From Candidatus Omnitrophota bacterium (GTDB lineage: Bacteria; Omnitrophota; Omnitrophia; Omnitrophales; JACQLI01): a stretch of 59,102 nucleotides of DNA. Position numbers and translations under genes: made by a program. Location: assembly GCA_016179745.1 (NCBI GenBank), contig JACPCP010000021.1:1-59102 (forward strand). Direction: 5' to 3'. Numbering within the stretch: position 1 is the stretch's first letter; every line of letters starts with the position of its first letter. Positions 12,801 through 19,045 of the stretch are shown here, piece by piece. The notes under the pieces were generated by a model. That model was not told where the DNA came from, made no database searches, and worked only from the letters and a program-made list of their open reading frames with translations.

Positions 12801-13674
12801 CCTTCGACTGAAGCTCCAGACGGAGGAGCGATTTGAGGCGCTCAAGGGACTGAATTTTATCGATCAGGTCCTTTTCCTCTTTTGACTCGGCCAGACGGCC
12901 ATAAATTTTCTCCGTGAGCGCCTCCAGCTCCTCCCCGAACAACCCTTTGTGAATCCCTTCAGTTAACTGAACGGAGATCTCGCTTTTACTTTCCGAAAGG
13001 GCCCTCGAGAAAAGATAAAGATTGGGAAAATCCACGAGTGAAACCCTCGCCTGCTTCGCAGATTCGAGGAGGAGCGGAAAATATTCCCCGGACCGAACCG
13101 CCCTCGCCTGAAACCGCTCATTCAGCTCGAGAAAGCGCTGAAGTTTGGGGGATAAAATCTTTTCTCTTGATCCTGCCAGCGAACGCTCCGCCTGCTCCAC
13201 GATGGGACGAATTCTTTCGCCCGCCTTCACCGTCCGAATGAAGGCTTCCCGGTTCCGGAGGTAGAACTCCTTTTTTTCCAAACCGTAGAATCGGGGGAGT
13301 TTTTCAGCCGTGATGTAAAAGTATTCGGCGCCGGTGAGCTTCCCTTCCCTCACCATTTCCCAGGCGGCCTGGGCCAGCGCATTTTTCTCCGGAAAGGTGC
13401 GGAAGAGGCGGCCGTCGATCGGGTCGCTGGCGCCTTCGAGACCGATGCTTGAAACCCCCTTCTTTTGGAAAAAACGGAGGAGGCGTGCAATTTGTCTTTG
13501 AGTTTCGCTTGAGGCGTGGGCGTTTAGGAGAAGATAAACGGTTTTTGTTCCAGGCGGTTTTTCAAGCGGCGGGGCGCCCGGAAAGGCGGCGGCGGTCTCC
13601 GAGGTAAAACAAATTAGGGTAACGAGTGCCGCCAGTTTCAAAAAGGGCCGCTTCTTTTGGAAATGATGTTCCAT
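64..13674 (-). CDS. Giant multidomain secreted/membrane protein (4536 aa), probably 3'-truncated
   Basis: Uninterrupted ORF with an N-terminal signal-like sequence (KKRPFLKLAALVTLICFTSETAAA), several hydrophobic TM segments, HEAT-like repeats, enzyme motifs and a sigma70-like promoter upstream. Confidence 0.92.
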   Translation of the reverse strand: MEHHFQKKRPFLKLAALVTLICFTSETAAAFPGAPPLEKPPGTKTVYLLLNAHASSETQRQIARLLRFFQKKGVSSIGLEGASDPIDGRLFRTFPEKNALAQAAWEMVREGKLTGAEYFYITAEKLPRFYGLEKKEFYLRNREAFIRTVKAGERIRPIVEQAERSLAGSREKILSPKLQRFLELNERFQARAVRSGEYFPLLLESAKQARVSLVDFPNLYLFSRALSESKSEISVQLTEGIHKGLFGEELEALTEKIYGRLAESKEEKDLIDKIQSLERLKSLLRLELQSKDWEQIRKTGAGEQFFATLGLSKREIRSLQEAARPALRFYALADRRDRIFAGKILRELSHSRLKATVAVVGGFHETGLREGLERAGITVVPVLPKLAEVLDDIPYRDRLASTLDIKLVISSMVSLQEKERFKTQLFRRAESFSRAEVRGETERPEKIDLMMILENVLKDKELHKGDRPTLARGQLTALFREISRIIMNLSEVERQTFLKEEAPRQAKLLARKLPDGMRDTASDWASGDRAYFDEKVPPLKDEKGEIVETEEVRHFLFAFSQILLEETKRYHQKKEFRMVSLIVGMLLISLAWELLEWTAVWHLSKPSLKSAVSGAQNEYNEWRVKITFQKIEKYHTIDPNRRHAIRESKEELIRLIKGEGSDPKEKSPEEIKNLQKAMLYISEIGSEAKETIPHLMKRLNHRSPDVREAAIMTLARLFAFTEPTDVQKAWDSEFKTRLAETLKNPDEFPKVRLAALAALTSRIGFVPRGIGDWIPLYVSLLKDPRLRGDVSYEIKNLLFNLADEGKVILIVELAALLKEPDPQVKVAALVLISDNLKPLFGSSWPAGFDKVDLFRSVIRLAGDKDPSVADAARNFLDDWDWIELNAWLDISERITLAQEAMVQFKKGGKAAGSVQEFLSQILEDLSWPGIESVALELLTLAKEGTPELQKMAIHILSADRVQSLDNPLVIPFVPSLMDALRQETDPGVRREIILIFKSMGEQAMGAVPLLIEILKEKGERNPPPVREAVTKALWWIAIGYGGDRTEILDLLNRIAMDEAEDPALRKAAKRFYEFLKGIWDREEKMEESLQGLKEIRKKMEEGTRERKETSEKPGIRSEKSRIEFEEEGGRPELRTPPSRAEVRTQDRSDRDLWDQLITVGEGYKEIEESLDQEWRPLRLIREFPKMVKDTVRLTELKEKLRAIRGDFDEKKSQPSNPSAFQKRLVHWEKKVRKLDWIVTKNLAWIGVVMGWVISLVAALVYFLSGQILMAVALVYLIPVGIGLMVLVKIHRSHRKHSKSQEGNDKQSKEPTDSAPRAEVRREIRHPERGPFGPSEGSETRDPSHPAGAQDDVVRAEVRGKAGAEETIDGMPAKEVDEEVNDLKTTIRYQILSLGLLALGLLGSAYFLWSGELSLWMFPGYGNLPVVWVAGTLGGFLLFVFLGWQQQKLMKSLDKEERAGDFKGIDEALGNIPLQDRERMRGVMKEIWQQGEIPLEAEVRDDSGKRTILDFGGVRLKESQTPVLQVLRKTKEETGGLTAENQKNWNHALDDLASSLALELAPLIQLMKRLHSFPGSEVWISVVRDRAPPEGRYALRLHFPLPPPRSGVLAQPRETIRSLHQGLSHRIQEERPDLWDTSRGLYLYTRTSEAHALDHLRSLGKSGHLKKGSKIAELGSGTGYVVHLWNAETQGLGVELFGFEQDRYLWKLSQEATRALSEQGAVDPERIHILHKNYLDEKVSLREYDVVYLYPSMKGEPGKTVVRAAEILTDLSEVVLRMKPGAILIVEGVPPESVLRVLGDDRRYVEKMPEVGGFRRIGPAYEDVFEARLTDSLSRMRKLAASAQGGPGSITDVLILSGVPEAYLSPRSVELMKEFLGLQAKLFEPWAEWVLSGKGGGLDLGSGILRRGIYALLKFRDFLAPPHSEKLDRLEQAHLVLLRSQIEQEMEELYLKLKEGSASADEARPLLILGLALFALISLSQAGGIHKGKTTLSDLTSLIELLGRYFTPRSGEKWPEAEKVRFLSAHEPSRDSMGLLPSRLSQSVTALESESVRLHLAALGVKLLERMAVHAQLGDLISAELHSYANLIAGWVKEYDPPYWKDSFWRNDLFPEVHAPTTQGIRSEVRGIEGVRSETRSKLDLNQPFLLDPLRRYDPEKISKYLWRFGNAVEARTAQASNNPWFPWALAAAGSLMTSLPVWLLQWNPIFSLSDPLFFSLLFSALRKHRLRWGEAALLRRLRAAVETPDDLWKTSTRAKIQTLRILWNYLDDPDLRVRSVAFDILETMGRELPALQSQLHDRKSQLPENWFDPKEARHPVVFGARLEGRSEMRSVEVRAGSEDFKVEEVPRERFKSILRLIERYLNSEQLGEFETEALTAVDLWLKSNKVVKLWTLKRAKSLVGFHALASDDLTSLDLTGNPLRRIQAWSGVTGAYGLSRRFRGKGLGKRLVSETLKQFIGERPSEGPSVRFYWLLIDTRQLESFAMIRSVTRDLGLPLYWLGSTGEDSEGQDYYAIDLSPNRTKPGELSGLELLPEETQEAIARVAELRKRGMARAEVRNKEGGPAPNRFSIVDAEGKTKGLIYVTPRAPAGGFDFGGHLDQAWEDFHEMAFDFLKVLEKARAGNLPVVLVVPEELEGYGPLHDQAPWIEGARVAMAWASAYFRFPDKDGRKVDVRILKTGKADKTPDLESLRAVALDLLVQKFDDSKGSPEEQIESRQVVIHSLASEAAQEDGVFKTLTFEEFQIPSGEKREPEIILPPPVPPGKKRILVTGVAGFLGSNLARRLVKEGHQVIGLDNLASGVKSNLKDLQENPNFFFKNVDVSQPYTIDGELDEIIHLASLASPPFYYGMPLETLLAGLQATKIALDLAREKKARFLFSSTSEVYGDPDVEAQDENYPGRVNPIGKRSQYDESKRGAETLIRLYFEKEKAEGHYLDARIVRIFNTYGPGMRLDDGRVITNFIQAALDQFWKSTYGTGKGRVIELYGGGGQNRSFGFVADTLEGIVGLLETGEITRSTPIDGRVVNIGNPGNFTIRELAGLVEELGRKYLGVEVPVVDVSQIDSTDPKQRQPVIERARRLFGYKPKVPLEAGLEKTFRHFVVRELWTKLIDRGPGKYDESDLKLIEALFRAFIYEALEDPRLGPKIKGLEIPLEEPFSGPDEKFIGREKLTRLAVFMALEGNQNQKLTALFLFILKKTPLIYDAIAARQDQEKGERGTRYQRSLDGVDAALNLAPGDRGLWGDKAMILVRLAVETAGQKRFRDAVPLFEEAEKILDDPRQGLNGREDQAARVHLHLSKARAQISSPKEVVFNEVEELRKAKEIAYSVVDDFRLHPDEEAAQMGRLYFLLASAELLSLKREAGWIKRLRLAVNSLYDIEKSLEFRTNHQGSRRHSGVRILEESLHAVRKTLEEAKVDSLEPGEVRLLGEELAKLGRLLDSETLNLQGKNNLKLAQEVRANRAKKTIEIAGYFKAHPESVRRIEPKRVSEKVGEIRDLVLPSVEDPLRLFKLGWALIEGFWLDLDALQLEEWIRKQPFRFEVGKTALEDSTRIAFALLRHGGRFEDFDFQAYAEARRWREFVDPEKFILPAARAEVRTEKGSGTDPDLLRWARDDLGRAHQELRVEKFNWGGQSEAVVGRQSQAGGRKETEEPLWLLNGSPSSLSHDRGHIEEIGRRLITEPLWSLEENYRDVLDALYRLLTNPDRKGEAGWLFDSMRVASRDNRNSEGLQVSDYREPAGLMPVLGNDFSFELTTGPSTPAPTKGFWSIIRAAVAYEKKYPGFFKGKVVADGGTGHGGILTALYRWLARHSAPFEKAVAVDLNGDAGTVLEINRMRNEIPREKIDFFISPYFDSLPPDAKFDVLFINPNQMPTPEEKEWESQPAAEASRIRWGRTIYSRSDHYDGLHSVRLWLQKAIPRLRQDGVIFLQLVDRIDFEKTVKPLLDELGLEFEVIKESIIDDAVGRDYPFEDFLAAEQRTETSDRPGVRYHHYDGVGNRIDLKKSIQRHTKAGRPWPVFRRFRTLVLQPKEKEVVWPVAPKELQGSLPEKIGKKTEDLEALVSVLAGLGPFKIFVWNREEGEEGKIEKRKWGAWVTHDVGGFLRRIRDVSRIIGQRIESKNTAGLENFISVLRDDYEEMGMVYQVWKAAAEAGLEELRRKKAEIPLQHAGTKEDPVPDAEWFNAFVRHVFVDQPKGEKRFAVFQKAVRRFGETLPELKTQIDELLKSASVRLRSEVRSFRHSEPSQAVKNLDLKKKGESIFEGADIRSEVRNSEALDWRKLIGSLVPAKAAEGQEQYRLEELIGQGGQGVIFKALNLATQEIVAVKIIHLGGKKMLEGINSLTAEAEALRKLMIDHWEHAPAIKSFGFIDKPSLFWMAMDYLGGENLKEWAVGRPAKKVVWKFLELLDIIETLHQLGVIHRDLKPSHMRVLPDQGLKLIDFGLSHIREEDLLSKLRTFGSDLFAGTHAYQPPMGWLSIQEEEGILKAELYALGVTLFELANGSPLWEGWEPESFAMFFYQHTRMPNTDEIKGKLPGDWEPAI
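941..975 (-). repeat. Half copy of the GTCAT(C/T)CTGAGC palindromic element, in frame in the giant ORF
   Basis: Minus strand CGTCATTCTGAGCCGTCGCAGGCGGTGAAGAATCT matches the left arm of the element at 14466-14582 (CGTCATTCTGAGC...GAAGAATCT). Translates as RHSEPSQAVKNL. Confidence 0.7.
1640..2420 (-). other. Class I SAM-dependent methyltransferase domain (HemK/MTS-like) within the giant ORF; boundaries approximate
   Basis: Motif I VVADGGTGHGG, AVAVDLN, and an NPP-like motif FDVLFINPNQMP. Confidence 0.75.
4381..5388 (-). other. NAD-dependent epimerase/dehydratase (UDP-glucuronate decarboxylase-like) domain within the giant ORF
   Basis: ILVTGVAGFLG, HLASLASP, STSEVYG, YDESK (YxxxK), RIFNTYGPGM..DDGRVITNFI, NIGNP, DP.QR.P.I. 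Confidence 0.9.
6110..6640 (-). other. GNAT acetyltransferase-like domain within the giant ORF; boundaries approximate
   Basis: Acetyl-CoA binding motif A: AYGLSRRFRGKGLGKRLV. Confidence 0.65.
8250..8740 (-). other. Class I SAM-dependent methyltransferase domain within the giant ORF; boundaries approximate
   Basis: KIAELGSGTG, LFGFEQD, HKNYLD, YDVVYLYP, MKPGAILI. Confidence 0.75.
9621..9705. repeat. Palindromic (REP/RPE-like) element inserted in frame in the giant ORF
   Basis: Perfect 13-bp terminal inverted repeat CGTCATCCTGAGC/GCTCAGGATGACG, inner inverted repeat GAAGGATC/GATCCTTC, and two small hairpins (GCACCC-GCA-GGGTGC; GGCCCG-AA-CGGGCC). Translates as RHPERGPFGPSEGSETRDPSHPAGAQDD. 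Confidence 0.85.
10450..11680 (-). other. HEAT/PBS-lyase-like repeat region within the giant ORF; boundaries approximate
   Basis: Repeated motifs such as IPHLMKRLNHRSPDVREAA, LLKEPDPQVKVAAL, DKDPSVADAA, ETDPGVRREI, AVPLLIEIL. Confidence 0.75.
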
Positions 13675-13727
13675 GAGGGTATGAGAGCCGCCCCTTAACT
13701 TCTTTAGTTTGCAGGGGTTAAGCGAAA

Positions 13728-13756
13728 AGTCTACCCGACAAAAGGTGACTTGTCAA
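13728..13756 (-). promoter_or_regulatory. Sigma70-like promoter of the giant gene
   Basis: TTGACA (13756-13751), 17 nt spacer, TAGACT (13733-13728), about 55 nt upstream of the ATG. Confidence 0.65.
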
Positions 13757-13841
13757 AAACTTAAAAAAAGCTCGGACCCAATCCAACCTCATGCAGGTTC
13801 AAGGGATATGAAAAGTAAAACGGGGGGAGAAAAGATTTTTT

Positions 13842-14471
13842 CTAGCGGGAATGTGAGGGGCGTTCGTTCAAAAGCCTTTTAAGGGTTTCCCCCGCTTTTT
13901 TGACGGCCTCGGCCCGGTGCGAAACACGGTGTTTTAATTCCGCCGAAACCTCGCCAAACGTTTTTCCGTAGGGGCCGTAAATAAAAATTGGGTCGTAGCC
14001 GAAGCCGTTTGAGCCTTTCATTTCCCGGGCAATCGCACCCCGGACCTCGCCCTCGGCCACGCCGGCCAATTCCTTCGGGTTCGCCACCGCCACCGCTGAA
14101 ATGAACGAGGCATGCCGGCAGTTGTCCGGCAATTTTTCCATCAGACGAAGGACCTTGAGACAATTTTTGACGTCGTCTTTTTCAGGGCCTGCGAAACGCG
14201 CCGAGTAAACGCCGGGGTTCCCCTCGAGGGCCTCCACCACGAGGCCGGAATCCTCGGCAAGCGTCAGAAGCCCTGTGGCTTTCGCCGTCTCCACGGCCTT
14301 TTTGACGGCATTTTCCCGGAAGGTTTTTCCGTCTTCAATTACTTCTGAAATAGGCGGGATGTCTTTCAGAGAGGAGAATTCAAATGGCAGATCCGAGAGA
14401 AGGCTCTTTAGTTCTTCCAGTTTCTTTTTATTCGTCGTGGCAATGAGAAGTTTCACGGCTGGCCCCGTCAT
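13842..14471 (-). CDS. rdgB: Non-canonical purine NTP pyrophosphatase (RdgB/HAM1)
   Basis: LLIATTNKKK, EDGKTFRENA, AEDSGL, GVYSARF, GFGYDPIF, K..VSHR. Sits downstream of rph as usual. Start could be GTG at 14459. Confidence 0.95.
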   Translation of the reverse strand: MTGPAVKLLIATTNKKKLEELKSLLSDLPFEFSSLKDIPPISEVIEDGKTFRENAVKKAVETAKATGLLTLAEDSGLVVEALEGNPGVYSARFAGPEKDDVKNCLKVLRLMEKLPDNCRHASFISAVAVANPKELAGVAEGEVRGAIAREMKGSNGFGYDPIFIYGPYGKTFGEVSAELKHRVSHRAEAVKKAGETLKRLLNERPSHSR

Positions 14472-14582
14472 TCTGAGCCCCGTAGAGGGATCCGCTGAAC
14501 TTTTGCGGGGCGAAGAATCTTAATTCTGAGATCCTTCGCCGCGTAAAAAGGCCTGCGGCCTTCTACGGGGCTCAGGATGACG
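14466..14582. repeat. 117-bp palindromic element between rph and rdgB
   Basis: 21-bp terminal inverted repeat with one mismatch (CGTCATTCTGAGCCCCGTAGA / TCTACGGGGCTCAGGATGACG), inner inverted repeat CGAAGAATCT/AGATCCTTCG, hairpin AAGGCC-TGC-GGCCTT. Same family as 9621-9705. Confidence 0.85.
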
Positions 14583-15318
14583 CTCCGACGCTTAAATGAA
14601 CATATCTCTTCTGAATTAGAATCAGTTCCCGAATCCCCTTTTCGCCGAGGGTGACAAGACGGCTCATTTCCTTTTTGGAAAAGGGGTGTCCCTCGGCGGT
14701 GGCTTGAATTTCGACAAGCTTTCCCTTGCCCGTCATGACGAGATTCATATCGACAGCGGCTTGGGAGTCCTCGCCATAATTGAGATCGAGAAGGGGCGAG
14801 CCCGCCACCCAGCCGACGCTCACGGCCGCCACGAAATCCTGAATCGGATTTTGAACCAGCGTTCCCTTTTTAATCAGCTTCTCAACCGCCTCAGCCAGCG
14901 CAATGAAGCACCCCGTGATGGCGGCCGTCCTCGTTCCCCCATCCCCCTGAATGACGTCGGCATCCAATAAAATAGAACGCTCGCCCAAAAGATTGAGGTC
15001 GGTCACGGAACGAAGGCTTCGACCGATCAAACGCTGGATTTCCTGCGTGCGGCCGCTCAATCTTCCTTTTGCCGCTTCCCGTTGAATCCGCTCCGTGCAG
15101 GAGGCGGGCAGCATCCCGTATTCGGCCGTGACCCAGCCCCGTCCCTTTCCCTTCAAAAAGGGCGGGACCCTTTCTTCGAGGCTCGCCGAGCAAACCACCT
15201 GGGTGTTCCCCATTTCAATCAGGCAGGAGCCGAGGGCAAATTTGAGAGTCCCTTTTCGAATGGAAACCTTGCGAAGCTCGTCAGGCCGGCGGCCGTCCGG
15301 GCGCTTGGCGGGTGTCAT
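14572..15318 (-). CDS. rph: Ribonuclease PH
   Basis: [56 protein letters not shown]. Confidence 0.97.
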   Translation of the reverse strand: MTPAKRPDGRRPDELRKVSIRKGTLKFALGSCLIEMGNTQVVCSASLEERVPPFLKGKGRGWVTAEYGMLPASCTERIQREAAKGRLSGRTQEIQRLIGRSLRSVTDLNLLGERSILLDADVIQGDGGTRTAAITGCFIALAEAVEKLIKKGTLVQNPIQDFVAAVSVGWVAGSPLLDLNYGEDSQAAVDMNLVMTGKGKLVEIQATAEGHPFSKKEMSRLVTLGEKGIRELILIQKRYVHLSVGASS

Positions 15319-16028
15319 CGGATTTTCAGGATCCGGTGGAGGCGGGGCAGGATTCGAACATCCGGGATCATTCTTCGGGCAAGGCGCTGGAGCTCCCCCA
15401 AAAGCTGCATCAATTCCTCATCTTTGTGACCTTCTTCCGAAGCGCTCACGGGCTGCAGGATGACCGGCGTCTTCGAGGCCACCTCCCGGACGAGGAGAAT
15501 CAGCTGCTGAAATTCTTGAACGTCGATTTCCTTGGAAAGGACGATTTTAATGAAGACTTCCTTTCCTTTTGCAATTTCGAGGAAGCGGCGGTGTTCGGCG
15601 AGAAAACTTTTTTCCTTGGTCACACTCGCCGGCTTCAGGTCCATCGCAATGAGATCGCACCAGCCAATCACCGCCTCGAGCGCCGGCCAAAGGATTCCGT
15701 TGGTCTCGAGATAAGTGCCGAAGCCGAGGGCCTTCAGCCGAAGCAAGAGCGGGGACAAAAACGCTTGATAGAGGAGCGGCTCGCCGCCCGTGAGGCTCAC
15801 GAAAGAGTGAGGGCCGTCTTCCTGGTCAATCCGGAGCATTTCACTAAGGACCTCTTCAAGAGACATCGTCCGGGCCGGCTTGTCCAGCTCGTCACAATAT
15901 CCGCAGTGGATGTGGCACTCTTCAAAGCGGATAAAGAGGTGCCGCTCCCCCATCCGAATCCCCTCGCCCTGAAGAGAAGAGAAAATCTCAGAAATCCGGC
16001 CTTCGTTCGGCGTGGGCGGATGATTCAT
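15315..16028 (-). CDS. queE: 7-carboxy-7-deazaguanine synthase (radical SAM)
   Basis: [19 protein letters not shown] (CxxxCxxC), SLTGGEP, ETNG. Start reassigned to ATG 16028, which overlaps the queC stop (ATGA). Confidence 0.92.
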   Translation of the reverse strand: MNHPPTPNEGRISEIFSSLQGEGIRMGERHLFIRFEECHIHCGYCDELDKPARTMSLEEVLSEMLRIDQEDGPHSFVSLTGGEPLLYQAFLSPLLLRLKALGFGTYLETNGILWPALEAVIGWCDLIAMDLKPASVTKEKSFLAEHRRFLEIAKGKEVFIKIVLSKEIDVQEFQQLILLVREVASKTPVILQPVSASEEGHKDEELMQLLGELQRLARRMIPDVRILPRLHRILKIR

Positions 16029-16735
16029 CGAGCCACCCCGGCCGTCAAAGGATCGTCGATCCCGGCCTCCCGGAATCCTTTTGCCCGCAAAATGCAGGAA
16101 TCGCATTCACCGCAGGGAAGTTCTTTCCCGTCATAGCAAGACCAAGTCCATTCGAAGGGAACGCCTAACTCCCTTCCGAGTCTGACGATTTCAGCCTTGG
16201 TCATCCGGAGGAGCGGCGCCACGACACGAATCCTTCTTCCCTCGCTCCCCGCCCGGGTCCCCCGTCGAATCATTTCCTCAAACGCCTCAATAAATTCCGG
16301 CCGGCAGTCGGGGTAACCGGAATAGTCAAGGGCGTTCGCCCCGAAATAAATCGCTTCGGCGCCTTTCGCCTCGGCGAGCGAAGCGGCCAGGGAAAGAAAA
16401 ATACTGTTTCGGGCCGGCACGTAAGTCACGGGGATTTCCTTGGAAATTTCTGACTCGCCTTTTCCCTTCGGGATTTTCAGAAAAGGGCGGCCCAGTGGGT
16501 CGCCCCTACCCTCCAATAATGCGCTGCCGCCCCACGGCAGTGAAAGGGGAATGATCCAATGCTCCAATTTGAGGTGAGAGGCAATTTTTTTGGCCGACTC
16601 AATTTCCCGTTCGTGGAGCTGGCCGTAGTGGACCGTCAGGCAGACGGGCTTAGAGTCAATTGGCCCGCCGGCGGGCCAATTCGACCGGAGGGCTGTGTAA
16701 AGGGCGGTGGTGGAGTCCAAACCGCCGGAAAGGAG
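16025..16735 (-). pseudogene. queC: 7-cyano-7-deazaguanine synthase lacking its native start (5' end joined to murI)
   Basis: LLSGGLDSTT, HYGQ, TYVPARN, YSGYPDCRPEF, WSCY..CGECDSC are present. No ATG/GTG/TTG lies in frame upstream of the SGG motif before the in-frame stop inside murI. Confidence 0.75.
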
Positions 16736-17502
16736 CCCAGAAACCGCTCGCCCACGGAGCGGAACGAGCGGGGAAGGTCGCTCACGTAAACCTGAAATTT
16801 CCCGACGTTTTTTTTGCCGGAGAGGATCCCCTCCTCCTCGAGCAGGACCTTCAGCCGCTGCACCGTCGGGACCGCTGAATCCACGAGCTCGACCGCCGGC
16901 CCCAGACGGGCCTGAATCTCACGCCTCAAAATAGGGTAATGCGTGCAGCCGAGAATCAGCGTGTCGATTTTCTTTTTGGCGAGCGGCGCCAGATATTTTT
17001 CAATCACCCGTTCCGCCACCCCGCCGTCGAGCCAGCCTTCCTCCACCAGCGGGACAAACAGAGGGCAGCTCTGCGTAAAAACGTGAACGCCGGAATGACG
17101 CCTCCGGAGGGCCGTTTCGTAGACGCCGCTTTCAATGGTGGCACTCGTTCCAATCACCCCGATCCGCCCCGAACGTGTTTTTCGGACGGCCTCTTCAGCC
17201 GCCGGCTCAATGACACTTACGAGGGGGACGCGGACGCGAATTCGGCGCTTCAGCATTTGAAACGCCGCACTGGCCGAGGAGTTGCAGGCAATCACAAGGG
17301 CCTTGATCCCCTTCCGGAGAAGAAACTCCGTGTTCTCGAGGGAAAACCTGCGGATCTGCACCGTGGACTTCGGCCCATAGGGAAGGCGGGCCAGATCGCC
17401 AAAATAGACAATCGCCTCCCCCGGAAGCTGGCGGCGAATTTCACGGACCACCGTGAGGCCGCCCAAACCCGAATCAAAGACACCAATCGGTTTCGAGTTC
17501 AC
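16636..17502 (-). CDS. murI: Glutamate racemase (C-terminus abnormal, reads into queC)
   Basis: IGVFDSGLGGLTV, PYG, VIACNSAS, LGCTHYP. MurI-like through YVSD.P..F....ERFLG, then a Pro-rich non-homologous tail. Confidence 0.93.
   Translation of the reverse strand: MNSKPIGVFDSGLGGLTVVREIRRQLPGEAIVYFGDLARLPYGPKSTVQIRRFSLENTEFLLRKGIKALVIACNSSASAAFQMLKRRIRVRVPLVSVIEPAAEEAVRKTRSGRIGVIGTSATIESGVYETALRRRHSGVHVFTQSCPLFVPLVEEGWLDGGVAERVIEKYLAPLAKKKIDTLILGCTHYPILRREIQARLGPAVELVDSAVPTVQRLKVLLEEEGILSGKKNVGKFQVYVSDLPRSFRSVGERFLGSFPAVWTPPPPFTQPSGRIGPPAGQLTLSPSA
16658..16681. repeat. 24-bp perfect palindrome AATTGGCCCGCCGGCGGGCCAATT inside queC
   Basis: Read directly from the sequence. Encodes NWPAGGPI, which is not QueC-like. 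Confidence 0.9.
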
Positions 17503-17553
17503 AAATCCTCCCGATGATGACCGTTCGACAGAAGACAGGATCCCGAGTCGGAC

Positions 17554-17754
17554 TTAAACCCGGGTCACAGCAATCGCATGCTGGCCTTTCGGCCCGTCGG
17601 CGATTTCAAACTGAACCATCTCTCCTTCATTCAAGGTCTTGAATCCATCCCCCTGAATCGAAGAATAGTGGACAAAGATGTCCTTGCCCGGCTCCAATTC
17701 GATGAAACCGTAGCCTTTCTGATTGTTAAACCACTTCACCTTCCCCTGCGGCAT
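17554..17754 (-). CDS. cspA: Cold-shock protein (CSD)
   Basis: [30 protein letters not shown]. Confidence 0.92.
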   Translation of the reverse strand: MPQGKVKWFNNQKGYGFIELEPGKDIFVHYSSIQGDGFKTLNEGEMVQFEIADGPKGQHAIAVTRV

Positions 17755-17771
17755 TCCCTCTCACCCCCTTT

Positions 17772-19001
17772 CTATTTCGATTTTCGAGCCTTCGGTCTCC
17801 GGCCGCCCTTCCGGGCGCCTCCGTCCTGGAGGAACCGTTCGAGCCGGCGGAGCGCTTCCTGGATTCGTTCCTCCGGAACGACCAGGGCAAATCGAACGTA
17901 ACCTTCCCCGTATTCTCCAAAGCCCGTCCCCGGCGCCACCGCGACACCGGCCTCACGAATCAAGAGCTCCGTGAAGGCCATCGACGTATGCTCGCTGAAC
18001 TTCTGGGGGATCCGGCACCAGACATACATCGTGGCGTCGGGCTTTTTTGTGGGCCACCCGATTCTATTGAGCCCGTCCACCAGGAGCGCCGAACGCTTCT
18101 TGTAAATCTCGACTGCTTTTTTCACAGTGCCTTGCGGGCCGGTCAAGGCCTTCGTGGCAGCGTATTGAATGGCTTTGAAAATTCCGAAGTCACAGTAACT
18201 TTTTGTTTTGGCGAGGCTCTTCAGGATTTCCCGGTTGCCCACCGCAAAGGCAATCCGCCACCCGGGCATGCTGTAGGATTTTGAAAGCGTGTGAAATTCG
18301 ATGGAATGCTTGATGGCGCCTTTCACTTCCAGGATGCTCGAAGCCCTCGGGCCCCGGAAGACCATGTCGGAATAGGCCAGGTCGGAGGCAATGATGATCT
18401 GCTTGTCCCTGGCCCAGTGAATCACCTGCTCGTAAAAATCGATGCCGCAGGTCGCCGTGGTGGGGTTGTGCGGGTAACTCAACATCAGAAGCTTCGACAG
18501 GCGGGTCGTTTCCTTGGGAAGCGAGAAAAGATCGGGAAGGTAATTCTTCTCTTCCCGGATCGGGATGTCATAGAGGATCCCGCCCGCCATGATGATGCCG
18601 TTAAAGTGGACCGGGTAGGCGGGTGAAGGAATCAAAGCGAGGTCGTCACTATTCATGAAGGCGAGCGCCAGGTGCGCAATGCCTTCCTTGGAGCCGATGC
18701 AGGGGACGACTTCGGTGTCGGGATCCAGGGTGACGCCAAAACGTTCGTGATACCAGAAGGCGATGGCCTTGCGGAGATTGCGCTCAATCTCTTCATCCCA
18801 TTTGGAATAGCGGTGGATGCCGGGAAGGTCGAGGGCCTCCCGGAGGGCTTCGACCACGTGGGGGGGCGGGGCCAGGTCCGGGTTCCCCATTGAAAAGTCA
18901 ATGACATCAACGCCCTGGGCCCGGGCTTCTCGTTTGAGGCCGTCGACCACCGTAAATAAATACGGGGGCAGCCTCTTCATTCGGTTTGCTTCGTGCATCA
19001 A
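17772..19001 (-). CDS. PLP-dependent aminotransferase class I/II (AlaC/DapL-like)
   Basis: RLPPYLF, DFSMGNPD, GSKEGIAH, YPHNPT, SDLAY, SKSYSMPGWR, PGTGFG.GEGYVRFAL. Confidence 0.9.
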   Translation of the reverse strand: MMHEANRMKRLPPYLFTVVDGLKREARAQGVDVIDFSMGNPDLAPPPHVVEALREALDLPGIHRYSKWDEEIERNLRKAIAFWYHERFGVTLDPDTEVVPCIGSKEGIAHLALAFMNSDDLALIPSPAYPVHFNGIIMAGGILYDIPIREEKNYLPDLFSLPKETTRLSKLLMLSYPHNPTTATCGIDFYEQVIHWARDKQIIIASDLAYSDMVFRGPRASSILEVKGAIKHSIEFHTLSKSYSMPGWRIAFAVGNREILKSLAKTKSYCDFGIFKAIQYAATKALTGPQGTVKKAVEIYKKRSALLVDGLNRIGWPTKKPDATMYVWCRIPQKFSEHTSMAFTELLIREAGVAVAPGTGFGEYGEGYVRFALVVPEERIQEALRRLERFLQDGGARKGGRRPKARKSK

Positions 19002-19045
19002 AACAACAGGAAATCAAAAAGCGATCCCACTCTTACTGGAAACCG

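Noticed and set aside
15335-15359. tRNA/tmRNA 3'-end-like string (GTTCGAATCC...CCGCCTCCACC on the minus strand)
   Set aside because: It lies inside the queE C-terminal codons (VRILPRLHR). There is no matching 5' acceptor strand, D arm, anticodon arm or CCA.
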